From positions 1 to 64,000 of the forward strand of contig BTVY01000026.1 in NCBI GenBank assembly GCA_045863335.1: a stretch of DNA of 64,000 nt, written 5' to 3'. The notes under the pieces were generated by a model. That model saw only the letters and a list, made by a program, of their open reading frames with translations. It was not told the origin of the DNA and ran no database searches. The translations under genes and the position numbers were made by a program. Positions 30,240-40,622 of the stretch are shown here, piece after piece; the stretch's first letter is position 1, and each line of letters opens with the position of its first letter. This stretch comes from Candidatus Hydrogenedentota bacterium (GTDB lineage Bacteria > Hydrogenedentota > Hydrogenedentia > Hydrogenedentales > SLHB01).

Positions 30240-32414
30240 CTACTTCCGCGCGTGGACCAGCACCTTCTTCAGCGCATCGACCACGTCCTTCACGTCCTTG
30301 TCCGTCATCTGCGGGTGCAACGGAAGCGAAAGGATCGCGTCCGACGCGGCGGATGCATGCGGCAACGCGCCGATGGCAAGTCCCAAGGTTTCGCGATAGT
30401 AGCGGTGCTTGTGCAGGGCCACGAAATGCACGCCGGAACCCACATTCTCCGCGCGCAAATCCTGTGCGACGGCGTCCCGCGACTTGGTCAACTGGTCGAG
30501 CCGCAGTTGGATGATGAAGAGGTGCCACGCGTGGTCGGCATCCTGCGGGGCCGCTGGCAACGTGATTTCCTCCACCGGCGCAAGCACGGACTGATACATG
30601 CGGGCGAGACGCCGGCGCGCAGCGAGAAAACCGTCGAGCTTCTTCAATTGCTCAAGGCCCATGGCTGCACTGATATTCGTCATGTTGTACTTGAACCCGG
30701 GCGCGACCACTTCCGGCGCAGACGACGGCGCATCGCCGCTGTAGCGATTCCACGCGTGGGTGCTGAGGCCGTTGTGCGCGAGCACGCGCAGATGCATGGC
30801 CTGTTCCTCGTCCGGCAAGGCGATCATGCCGCCTTCGATGGTGGTGATGTTCTTCACGGGATAGAAGCTGAAACAGGAAGGGCCTTCCAGACTGCCGATG
30901 GGCCGGTCTTTGTACGCCGCGCCGAGTGCGTGGGCCGCATCTTCGATTACGGGAATGCCGTGCTTCTTGCCAATGGCGTAGATGGCGTCGAGATCGCAGG
31001 GGCGCCCAGCCAGGTGAACCGGCATGATCGCTTTGGTGCGCTCGGTAACGGCGGACTCAACGGCGACGGGGTCGATATTCAGCGTTTGCGGATCGACGTC
31101 GGCGAGCACGAGTTTCGCGCCCATGTTGACGATGGTGTTCGCCGTGGACACCCACGTCAGCGGTGACGTGATCACCTCGTCACCCGGTTTGACCCCGGCC
31201 TGAATCAGGCACAGGTGCAGCGCCGCCGTGCACGACGACACCGCCACCGCATGTTTCGCGTCGACCTTCTCCGCGAAGGCGTTTTCGAACTCCGTTACTT
31301 TCGCGCCGGTCGTCAGCCAGCCGCTGCGCATGACCTCGATGACAGCCTTCTCCTCCTCCTCGCCGATGCTGGGAGGCGAGAGGGGAATGAAGCGCGCCGC
31401 GACCGGCTCACCGCCGAGCGCCACCGGCAGGGCCAGCAGTTCCTTCATCCGCCGGACGTTGAAATGAATTGTCGAAAACGGATCGATCCGCTCGTCGCGA
31501 AGGTTTTCCCGGATCTCCTCCGCGCCACGGTCCGCGGACCATTCCGCGTCGAATCCAAGGACCCGCTTAATCTTGCCGAACTGGACGTGGTAGCTCCGAA
31601 GGTCCTCGTCGTCTTTGACGACGTCGAGCTTCACACCGTCAAACATCCCGATGATGCGCTTCGCCAAATCGATGATCTGGTAGTTAATCGCGTCGGCCCC
31701 GAGATTGAAAATCTCGCCGCTGACCTGCTCCGATGGCGCTTCGGCCATCGTGACAAAGGCCCGCGCCGCGTCCCGCACGTGAATGAAAGGCCGCCACTGC
31801 TTCCCGCCGCCGTAGACGTTGATGCAGCCGTTCCGCATGGCCGTTGCCACCATGAGGTTGATGGCGAGATCGAAACGCATCCGCGACGACCAGCCAAACA
31901 AGGTGGCCGGACGCGCGATGACCGGTTCGAAGGCGAGGGATTTCCTGTCCAGCAGAATCCGCTCCGATTCGAGCTTGCTCTGGGCATAGACCGAGACCGG
32001 ATTCGTGGGGCTTTCCTCGTCGAGTACCTCGAACACGCCGCGCCCGTACACACTGCACGACGAGGCCAGGACGAACCGGCGAACGCCGTGTGCCAGGGCG
32101 AGGTCCGCGACGCGCTGCGTGCTGCGCAAGTTGACGTCCAGCGCCATCTCCGGGTCGAGGTCGCAGGACGGATCGTTTGCTAATCCAGCCAGATGAATCA
32201 GCGCATCCGCGCCGCCGAAGAGCGACGGATACTCTCCGATCCTCCGAATGTCGCCGCGGACCAACTCGCATCCCGGCAGCGATTTCAAAGGCTCAACGGC
32301 CTCTTCCCCGAAACAGAGCCGATCGAAGATGCGGACCTCATGGCCCCGTTCCACGAGCAGCCGGACCACGTGGTTTCCCAGGTACCCGGCGCCGCCCGTC
32401 ACAATCACGCGCAT
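30240..32414 (-). CDS. Fused NAD-dependent epimerase/dehydratase and DegT/DnrJ/EryC1/StrS sugar aminotransferase
   Basis: N-terminal TGGAGYLG, YAQSK, WRPFIHVRD; C-terminal SSCTAALHL, EDAAHA, FSFYPVKNITTIEGG. Confidence 0.92.
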   Translation of the reverse strand: MRVIVTGGAGYLGNHVVRLLVERGHEVRIFDRLCFGEEAVEPLKSLPGCELVRGDIRRIGEYPSLFGGADALIHLAGLANDPSCDLDPEMALDVNLRSTQRVADLALAHGVRRFVLASSCSVYGRGVFEVLDEESPTNPVSVYAQSKLESERILLDRKSLAFEPVIARPATLFGWSSRMRFDLAINLMVATAMRNGCINVYGGGKQWRPFIHVRDAARAFVTMAEAPSEQVSGEIFNLGADAINYQIIDLAKRIIGMFDGVKLDVVKDDEDLRSYHVQFGKIKRVLGFDAEWSADRGAEEIRENLRDERIDPFSTIHFNVRRMKELLALPVALGGEPVAARFIPLSPPSIGEEEEKAVIEVMRSGWLTTGAKVTEFENAFAEKVDAKHAVAVSSCTAALHLCLIQAGVKPGDEVITSPLTWVSTANTIVNMGAKLVLADVDPQTLNIDPVAVESAVTERTKAIMPVHLAGRPCDLDAIYAIGKKHGIPVIEDAAHALGAAYKDRPIGSLEGPSCFSFYPVKNITTIEGGMIALPDEEQAMHLRVLAHNGLSTHAWNRYSGDAPSSAPEVVAPGFKYNMTNISAAMGLEQLKKLDGFLAARRRLARMYQSVLAPVEEITLPAAPQDADHAWHLFIIQLRLDQLTKSRDAVAQDLRAENVGSGVHFVALHKHRYYRETLGLAIGALPHASAASDAILSLPLHPQMTDKDVKDVVDALKKVLVHARK

Positions 32415-32510
32415 CGTAAAATCTCTCCCGGAAGTTGCGGAATATGCGAGTGCGGGACGCTGCCATCCTCAAAATGGCCGTCCCCCCACATGAGCTTGCG
32501 TATCAGCGGC

Positions 32511-32539
32511 TTGACTATAACCGGGAGGACTGTTAGCAT
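32511..32539 (+). promoter_or_regulatory. Putative sigma70 promoter
   Basis: TTGACT-17-TAGCAT with TG extension upstream of the HTH-REC gene. Confidence 0.45.
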
Positions 32540-32635
32540 CAAATCCTTGGGAACCCGCAAACCGTGCAATACCGGAAATCGTGGCATGGGTGCAGTCCCG
32601 CTGAAATGGCGGGCAAGCCACAATAGGTGAGATTT

Positions 32636-33250
32636 ATGTCGGAAGCGAAAAACCGTGTGTTCACCAGTGGGGAAGTTGCGGCCATCTGCGGCGTGTCGCC
32701 GGACACCGTGTCGCGTTGGTTCGACTTGGGGCAGATCGAAGGATACCGCCTGGGACCCGGCGGCGACCGGCGCATTCCCTACGACAGCCTGCGCCAGTTC
32801 ATGCTCAGTCACGGCATTCCCCTCGAACGGCTGGAAGAAGGGGAGAAGCGCGTCCTCGTCGTGGACGACGACCCCTATTACCTCGACGTGATCCCTGCCG
32901 CCTTGGCGAAATCTGGCGACTACAAAGTGTTTGTTGCATCAACCGGCTTCGACGCCGGTACGCAAGTCGCGGAGCACAACCCTCACGTCATCATTCTCGA
33001 CATTCACCTGTCGGACATGGACGGCCGGATGGTCTGCGAACGCGTCAAGAGCCGCGCCGAAACTAAGGCCACGCGCATCCTGGCCATCTCGGGCTACATC
33101 GATGACGACGAAGCAAAGATGCTGACCGACTACGGCTTCGACGATTATCTGAAGAAACCCTTCAGCCTCTCGGACCTCTGCTCCCGCGTCGAGCGCCTGA
33201 TGGAACTCCCGGCCGCGCGAATCGCCCGGCCCAAACAGACCCACTTCTAA
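32636..33250 (+). CDS. Excisionase-type HTH + receiver domain regulator
   Basis: FTSGEVAAICGVSPDTVSRW...PGGDRRI; VLVVDDD, ILDIHL, YLKKPF. Confidence 0.88.
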   Translation: MSEAKNRVFTSGEVAAICGVSPDTVSRWFDLGQIEGYRLGPGGDRRIPYDSLRQFMLSHGIPLERLEEGEKRVLVVDDDPYYLDVIPAALAKSGDYKVFVASTGFDAGTQVAEHNPHVIILDIHLSDMDGRMVCERVKSRAETKATRILAISGYIDDDEAKMLTDYGFDDYLKKPFSLSDLCSRVERLMELPAARIARPKQTHF

Positions 33251-33256
33251 GGATTC

Positions 33257-33841
33257 ATGGCGTACAGCACGCGCATCGATGACGCCTTTGCTTTCGCCCA
33301 TCGGGTTCACCGGGACCAGCGGCGCAAAGGGTCCGGCGCGCCCTTCATCACCCACGTCATGTCTGTGGCGGCCCTCGTCGGCGAACACGGGGGCGATGAA
33401 GATCAACTCATCGCCGCGCTACTCCACGACGCCGTCGAAGATGGAGAAGGCCGCAAGACCCTCGAAGAGATTCATGCCGCTTTTGGCGACCGCGTAGCGG
33501 GTTTGGTGGAAGGGTGTACCGACGCCTTTGTTCGCCCCAAGCCGCCTTGGCTCGAACGCAAGGAGAACTTCATCGAGGCCATCAAAGGCGCACCGCCCGA
33601 ATTGCGCCTCATCGTCGCGGCCGACAAGATTCACAACGTCCGCACCATCGCCCGGGACCTCCAAGAAGAAGGCGCTTGCGTCTGGGAGCGGTTCCAGGGC
33701 AAACGCGACGGCAGCCTCTGGTATTACACCCGGATCCTGGAAGTGCTAAGCGACGGCTGGGAGCATCCGATCCTGGATGAATTGCGGCGGGTCGTCGAGC
33801 GCTTGAGAACCGTTGACCGGAATGTTTGTGAGCCGGAGTGA
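33257..33841 (+). CDS. HD-domain protein, small alarmone hydrolase/Mesh1-like
   Basis: HRDQRRKG, PFITHVMSVA, AALLHDAVED, ADKIHN. Confidence 0.85.
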   Translation: MAYSTRIDDAFAFAHRVHRDQRRKGSGAPFITHVMSVAALVGEHGGDEDQLIAALLHDAVEDGEGRKTLEEIHAAFGDRVAGLVEGCTDAFVRPKPPWLERKENFIEAIKGAPPELRLIVAADKIHNVRTIARDLQEEGACVWERFQGKRDGSLWYYTRILEVLSDGWEHPILDELRRVVERLRTVDRNVCEPE

Positions 33842-34017
33842 CCGACTTGTCGGAACACGAAACCTAGATTCCGTTGTTCACCGTGGCCTTCGTTATTGAG
33901 CCCTTAAGTCAGCCTCCGACTTACCGGCATTTTGAATCCCCGCGCCGATAGCTACAGAATGGCCGCATTGGGGGTGCAACGTAGGCCACTCGCCAGTCAC
34001 TACGGGAGACGCATGTC

Positions 34018-35550
34018 ATGACGGAAATGGGACGGCGCGCGTTTATTGCATCGTGTACGCTTGCGGCGGTTGGTCTGTCGCTTTCGCGGAGCGCGGCGGC
34101 GGCTGGCGTGCCCAGCGTGGCCGCGGGCGCATCGGCATCGCGTTCGGCTTCGCCGGCAAAGGACGGCAAGCCGAACATCCTCCTCATCATGACGGATCAG
34201 CAGCGCGGCGACTGTCTCGGCATCGACGGTCATCCCGTGTTGCTGACGCCGACCATGGACCACATCGCGGCGCAGGGCGTTCGCTTTTCGCGCGCGTACA
34301 CGACCTGTCCCTCCTGCATCGCCGCACGACGCTCGCTCCTGTCGGGACAGTTCCCGGCCACCCACGGCATGGTGGGATATCGCGACGGCGTGGAGTGGGA
34401 CGCGCCGCCGACGCTGCCGCAGGTGTTGAAGGAGAACGGCTACCAGACCTACCTCGTCGGGCGGAACATGCACCAGCATCCGCCGCGAAAACGCTACGGG
34501 TACGACCACATGGTCATCAACGGGCGCGAAGACGGCGATTATGAAGAATGGCTGAGCCGCAACGAGCCGGAGGGCAGCGGCGGCTACTACGGCACGGGGG
34601 TCATGCACAACGATTGGACCGCGCGCCCCTGGCACATGCCCGAGGCCTTTCATCAAACCAATTGGACGGTCAACGAAGCGCTGGAATTCTTGGGCAAACG
34701 CGATCCGTCCTGTCCCTACTTCCTGACCGTTTCGTTTCTTGCGCCCCATCCGCCGCTGATTCCTCCAGAGCCGTACATGGACCGCTACCTGCGCACGGAG
34801 CTTCCGGAACCGGTGATTGGCGACTGGGCCGAGCCGCCAGAGAATGAGGGTCTCGGCATGGGACAAAGCGCCGGCCGCGTGCAACTGGAAGGCGACGCGC
34901 TACGATCCGCCCGCGCGGCGTATTACGGGCTCATCAATCACATCGACGACCAGATTCATCGGCTGCTGAGTCCGGTGAACGGTCTCGTCGACAACAACAC
35001 GATCATCGTGTTCACGAGCGATCACGGCGAAATGCTCGGCGACCACTACCTGTGGCGCAAGGTCGTTCCTTACGAGCCTTCGGCGCGCATTCCCTTCCTG
35101 ATTCGTCCTGCTGCGCAATCCGCCATCACGCCCGGCGCTGTGGTCGATCAGGCCGTTTGCCTGGAAGACATCATGCCCACACTGCTGTCCATGGCCGGAA
35201 TTGACCCGCCGAACACCATGGATGGAATGGACCTCTCGCCCCTCATGAGAGGCGAGGCCGCCGAGCCGCGTTCCTATCTCCACATCGAACACGCCCCGGT
35301 GCACCACACGCTGACCGACGGCAAGGAGAAGTACATCTGGTTTGTCGCCGATGGCCGGGAACAGTACTTCCGCCTGAGCGACGACCCGAAGGAACTTCGC
35401 GACCTGGTAGGAAAGAACAACCACGCAGACCGCGTGGCCCATTGGCGGCGGCTCCTCGTGAACGAACTGGCAGACCGGCCCGAAGGATTCTCGGATGGCA
35501 ACTCCCTGATTCCCGGCGTTGAATACGGTCCTGTCCTTCCCAAGGCTTGA
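34018..35550 (+). CDS. Tat-exported formylglycine-dependent sulfatase
   Basis: GRRAFI Tat motif; PNILLIMTDQQRGD; CIAAR (CxAxR); TSDHGEMLGDH. Confidence 0.92.
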   Translation: MTEMGRRAFIASCTLAAVGLSLSRSAAAAGVPSVAAGASASRSASPAKDGKPNILLIMTDQQRGDCLGIDGHPVLLTPTMDHIAAQGVRFSRAYTTCPSCIAARRSLLSGQFPATHGMVGYRDGVEWDAPPTLPQVLKENGYQTYLVGRNMHQHPPRKRYGYDHMVINGREDGDYEEWLSRNEPEGSGGYYGTGVMHNDWTARPWHMPEAFHQTNWTVNEALEFLGKRDPSCPYFLTVSFLAPHPPLIPPEPYMDRYLRTELPEPVIGDWAEPPENEGLGMGQSAGRVQLEGDALRSARAAYYGLINHIDDQIHRLLSPVNGLVDNNTIIVFTSDHGEMLGDHYLWRKVVPYEPSARIPFLIRPAAQSAITPGAVVDQAVCLEDIMPTLLSMAGIDPPNTMDGMDLSPLMRGEAAEPRSYLHIEHAPVHHTLTDGKEKYIWFVADGREQYFRLSDDPKELRDLVGKNNHADRVAHWRRLLVNELADRPEGFSDGNSLIPGVEYGPVLPKA

Positions 35551-35665
35551 TAGGCTTGTCGTGTCGCCCCCTCCAGCTACCCCGCGACAGGGGAGATCCT
35601 GAACTCGCTTTGGCGCAACCATCGAATTAAATAGTCTCTGGCCCCCGTCCGGCATGGAGATCTTG

Positions 35666-35703
35666 CTCCCTCCCCGTCTGCGGGGAGGGCTGGGGGAGGG
35701 GGT
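35666..35703. repeat. CCCTCCCC...GGGGAGGG palindromic intergenic repeat
   Basis: ctccctccccgtctgcggggagggctgggggagggggt. Confidence 0.6.
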
Positions 35704-35832
35704 CTTCAAAATAGATACGAACGCCGCAGAGGAATTCACCTTTTTTGAATCCCGCAGCCCGACTGTGAGAGCGTGTGACGCGTAGGGCAGAGGAATCGAA
35801 CCCAGCGCCGTACGCGAAAGGGGGAAAGAATC

Positions 35833-36663
35833 ATGGCCGACATCGAAATTGGACTGAACACGGAGGCATTTCGTCACGCGGACAAGACCTTGGAGTACTC
35901 CCTGGACGCAATCCGCAGGCAGGGTTACCGCTATTGCGAGCTCAACATGCTCAATGGACGCGACCTGCTCTGTGAAGCGGGATACTACGGCGCGGTCAGT
36001 ATGGAGCGCGACCCGCTCGAGATTCGGGATATCGTCAAGGGCTTCGGCCTGAAGGTCAGTGCGGTAAGCGCCCACGCGCCCATGGCACAGCCGGAGATCA
36101 GCGTGCCGTTCCTGACCCGCGCCATCGAGTTCGCCGATGCGGTCGGCGCGACTTGCGTGTGCACGGATGAAGGCATCGTTCCCGATTGGATGACCAAGCG
36201 CCAGGCCTTCAACATCATCTACTACACCCTCCGCCGGGTGCTTCCCGTCGCGGAACGGCACAAGATTCATATCGCCCTGGAGCCTCATCAGGTCTATACC
36301 GTGAAGTTGAAGACCTACCTGGAGATTCTTGGCCTGGTGGATTCGCCGTACTTCAGTTGCAATCCCGATACCGGAAACGTGTTCATGGCCGGCGAGGATC
36401 CTTACGCCTTTTTGGAGGCCATCGCCAAGAAAGTCGTCCACGTCCACGCCAAAGACATCGGGGGTGTGATGATGGACGACCGCGGCAAAGTTACCGGGGT
36501 GCCGTCCGGTTGCGCCTGCGGCGAAGGCGTCCTCGATTGGACCCGCATTGTGAAGATACTCCGCAAGGCCAAGTTCAAGGGCGTTCTCTCCGTGGAATGC
36601 AGCTCCGAAGAACAAGGGCGCGCAAGTTTCAAACACCTTCGTAACGTGCTGCGCGCGTCATAG
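35833..36663 (+). CDS. Sugar phosphate isomerase/epimerase (xylose isomerase-like TIM barrel)
   Basis: IALEPH, NPDTGN, HVHAKD, GEGVLDW, LSVE. Confidence 0.88.
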   Translation: MADIEIGLNTEAFRHADKTLEYSLDAIRRQGYRYCELNMLNGRDLLCEAGYYGAVSMERDPLEIRDIVKGFGLKVSAVSAHAPMAQPEISVPFLTRAIEFADAVGATCVCTDEGIVPDWMTKRQAFNIIYYTLRRVLPVAERHKIHIALEPHQVYTVKLKTYLEILGLVDSPYFSCNPDTGNVFMAGEDPYAFLEAIAKKVVHVHAKDIGGVMMDDRGKVTGVPSGCACGEGVLDWTRIVKILRKAKFKGVLSVECSSEEQGRASFKHLRNVLRAS

Positions 36664-36698
36664 CGTTCTCGTGATTTTTGTTCTCCATCTTTTGGTCA

Positions 36699-36740
36699 TT
36701 CGAACTTGTTTCGGATTTCGTGCTTCGGATTTCGAATTTC
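36699..36740. repeat. Short TTCGGAT/TTCGAA-type degenerate tandem repeat
   Basis: ttcgaacttgtttcggatttcgtgcttcggatttcgaatttc. Confidence 0.6.
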
Positions 36741-36868
36741 GCGCACGGTTGCGGCCAAATGCCGCGCTGGGCTATTATCGGCTCACGGGAACGCCGGGGG
36801 TGAAGCCGGTATTGAGATTCAGCTAAACGCATTGGCTGGTTCGTGTTCCGTTCAAGGAAGGACCTGAG

Positions 36869-37978
<1,110 letters not shown>

Positions 37979-38016
37979 TACCTTGCGCGCAAGTTTTCTT
38001 CTCAAAACGATGGGTA

Positions 38017-38107
38017 GAAAAATGGGGACAGTCACCATTTTCCATCTCCGCACCGGGCTTGTTTTCTCAGTGGTCCAGAAGGAAAATGGTGGGTGTCCCC
38101 ATTTTTC
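38017..38107. repeat. 27-bp inverted repeat pair (REP-like); partial copy at 36-53
   Basis: gaaaaatggggacagtcaccattttcc / ggaaaatggtgggtgtccccatttttc (2 mismatches); tgggtgtccccatttttc also at 36-53. Confidence 0.8.
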
Positions 38108-38125
38108 CCAGATGCGCGCCTCGTC

Positions 38126-39295
38126 ATGAGCATCGATCCCGATTCTGCGGTTCATCTCTTTACCTCCCATTTCGGCGGCAAACCCGAACTCCTCGCGCGC
38201 GCGCCCGGCCGCGTCAACCTCATTGGCGAACATACCGATTACAACGACGGCTACGTCTTGCCCATGGCCATCGACCGGAACACGGTCATTGCTGCGCGAC
38301 CCCGGCGCGACCGCGTCCTGCGCATTCACGCCGCCAATTTTGAAGCGACCGGGGAATTCCCGCTCGGCGCGTGGAATCGCTCCGCGCAATATCCATGGGC
38401 CGACTACGTGCTTGGCGTCGCGCAACAGGTCGAGATGCTGGGTAAGCCCCTGCACGGCGCCGACTGCGTTCTCATCGGGGACGTCCCCATTGGCGCGGGC
38501 CTGAGCAGTTCGGCCAGCGTGGAAATGGCGGCGCTGGCGCTCTTTGAAGCGATGGGGGGATTCACGCTAGAGCCGGGCGAAGCGGCCACCCTCGGGCGCC
38601 GGGTCGAGAACGACTTCATCGGCGTCGGCAGCGGTATCATGGACCAATTCATCGTCCGCGCGGGAAAACCCGGGCATGCCCTGTTTCTCGACTGCCGGTC
38701 GCTGCGTTTTGATCACATCCCCATCGCGATGGACGGAGTACTTTTCATTATTGCCGACACGAAGGTCGCACGGGGACTCGCGGGTTCCGCCTACAACGAG
38801 CGGGTCCGCGAGTGCGGCGAAGCGGTCGTATTCCTCAACCGGGCGACCGGAAAGGACACGACGCGCCTGCGTGACTTCTCGATTGAGGAACTCGAAGGGT
38901 GCCGCCAGACCATGCCAGAGACGATTTACCGGCGGGCGCGCCACGTCATCTCCGAGAATGCGCGAACGCAGGACGCTTGCGACGCGCTTCGCTCAGGCGA
39001 TGCAACACGGCTCGGCGACCTGTTCAACCGCTCCGACGAGAGCCTGCGGGCCGACTACGAAGTGACCTGCCCGGAACTCGACCTCATGACCTCCATCGGA
39101 CGTTCCCTGGCCGGGTGCTTCGGATGCCGCATGACCGGCGCGGGTTTCGGGGGATGCACCGTCCATCTCGTTTCTGCGGCATGCGCGGAGGAGTTCTGCG
39201 CCGCCCTGCACTGGGAGTACGCTGCTTCCACTGGCATCCAGTCCACGCCAGTGCCCGTAGCGGCGTCCGCGGGCGCCGACTCCACCGCTATCTGA
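38126..39295 (+). CDS. galK: Galactokinase
   Basis: APGRVNLIGEHTDYNDG, PIGAGLSSSA, GIMDQ, RMTGAGFGGC. Confidence 0.95.
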   Translation: MSIDPDSAVHLFTSHFGGKPELLARAPGRVNLIGEHTDYNDGYVLPMAIDRNTVIAARPRRDRVLRIHAANFEATGEFPLGAWNRSAQYPWADYVLGVAQQVEMLGKPLHGADCVLIGDVPIGAGLSSSASVEMAALALFEAMGGFTLEPGEAATLGRRVENDFIGVGSGIMDQFIVRAGKPGHALFLDCRSLRFDHIPIAMDGVLFIIADTKVARGLAGSAYNERVRECGEAVVFLNRATGKDTTRLRDFSIEELEGCRQTMPETIYRRARHVISENARTQDACDALRSGDATRLGDLFNRSDESLRADYEVTCPELDLMTSIGRSLAGCFGCRMTGAGFGGCTVHLVSAACAEEFCAALHWEYAASTGIQSTPVPVAASAGADSTAI

Positions 39296-39565
39296 CCTTC
39301 CATTTCACTAAATTACGTGACAATGGCGAGAATTATGTAGCCAAATTGAACTACTTTGAACTCTGAGTAAAAGTCATAAGTAATCATATAAAAGGAGTTT
39401 ACGTTTTCAAATTGAATTTTGATTTGCCTTTTTCGCTTCGTTGCGGCATAATCGGGAAAGACGAAGAAACAGCGCGGGGTTTGTGGGTATGCGATGATTT
39501 TGTCGATTATGTCATGAATTTCCTTTATCGCTAACCGTACGACCACCCCTCGGAGAGATTCGGTT

Positions 39566-39994
39566 ATGGCACCCACGACTTGGAGAGACGAATCCGGCGT
39601 CACCTTGCTGGAACTGACCGTCGCGTCAGGGATTCTGGCCGTGGCGTTGGTGCTTTTGATGGGGGGCCTGGTCTCCATTGCGGATACGAACGAAATCACC
39701 GAAAACCAGTCCATGGCCAGTTCCCATCTAGAGAGCGTGATCGAAGAAATCCAGGCCTTGCCATACGACCAGCTTCTCGAGTATCAGCCGCCGGCGCTGC
39801 CGGGATTGGGTGCAACATCCACGGTCCAGGTCGCGGGTATTGATTCTGGTGGAAACCAGGTTCTGTTTCCCGTCGATCCCGCGACGCTGGGTACACCGTT
39901 GCCAAACCCGACGGAAGTGCAGGTGACCATTACGTGGAACGACGTCCGCGGGCGGCCCTACACCGCGCGCGCGTCGACCCTGTGCAGGAGGTAG
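39566..39994 (+). CDS. Minor pilin, PilV-like (cassette 1)
   Basis: Class III signal G|VTLLE followed by a hydrophobic helix. Confidence 0.85.
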   Translation: MAPTTWRDESGVTLLELTVASGILAVALVLLMGGLVSIADTNEITENQSMASSHLESVIEEIQALPYDQLLEYQPPALPGLGATSTVQVAGIDSGGNQVLFPVDPATLGTPLPNPTEVQVTITWNDVRGRPYTARASTLCRR

Positions 39995-39996
39995 TC

Positions 39997-40620
39997 ATGC
40001 GAGGGCGCAACCACGGTATGACCCTTATCGAACTCATGATCGTTGTGGCCATTTTGACGATCGTGTTGGGAATCTTGTTCGTACTCGGCGATAACCTTCA
40101 GCAATCGGTGGCCGCGCAGGAGGCGCGCGTCACGACACAGGATGATGTGCGCATGGCGATGCAGCGAATCATGCTCGAACTTCGCCAGAGCGCACGGGCA
40201 TCCATCCCATGGAACACGCTACCCAACGCGGTCATCACCTACCGCAGGGCCGAAGATGTCGACGGAAATGGTACGGCCGTCGACGTCGGCGGCTTTCTTG
40301 AACTCGGCGCCCAACGAACGATTCAGCGTGACACAAACGACGCCAACGGCGACGGGCGCACGACGACCCAACTGGTGATGATCGAGGGGAATCAAGTCAC
40401 CGTTCTCGCGAATGGGCTGCTCGAGAACGAGGACGCGAATGCCGACGGCATTCTCAGCGCGGGCGAAGATAGTAACAACAACGGGGTCCTGGAGCGCGGG
40501 GTGTGGTTCGAGCCGGTCGGGGCCGGACTGCGTATTACGTTGCAGGCGCAACGATCGCCAGGACCAAGGAGCCAGGTGATAACGTCCCAACTGACGGAGA
40601 TCGTGGTTCCGAGGAACTGA
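39997..40620 (+). CDS. Minor pilin, PilW-like (cassette 1)
   Basis: G|MTLIELMIVVAIL; DxDxNG-type loops. Confidence 0.85.
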   Translation: MRGRNHGMTLIELMIVVAILTIVLGILFVLGDNLQQSVAAQEARVTTQDDVRMAMQRIMLELRQSARASIPWNTLPNAVITYRRAEDVDGNGTAVDVGGFLELGAQRTIQRDTNDANGDGRTTTQLVMIEGNQVTVLANGLLENEDANADGILSAGEDSNNNGVLERGVWFEPVGAGLRITLQAQRSPGPRSQVITSQLTEIVVPRN

Positions 40621-40622
40621 CT

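Noticed and set aside
35783-35805. tRNA T-arm-like GGTTCGATTCC on the minus strand
   Set aside because: No full T-stem or cloverleaf.
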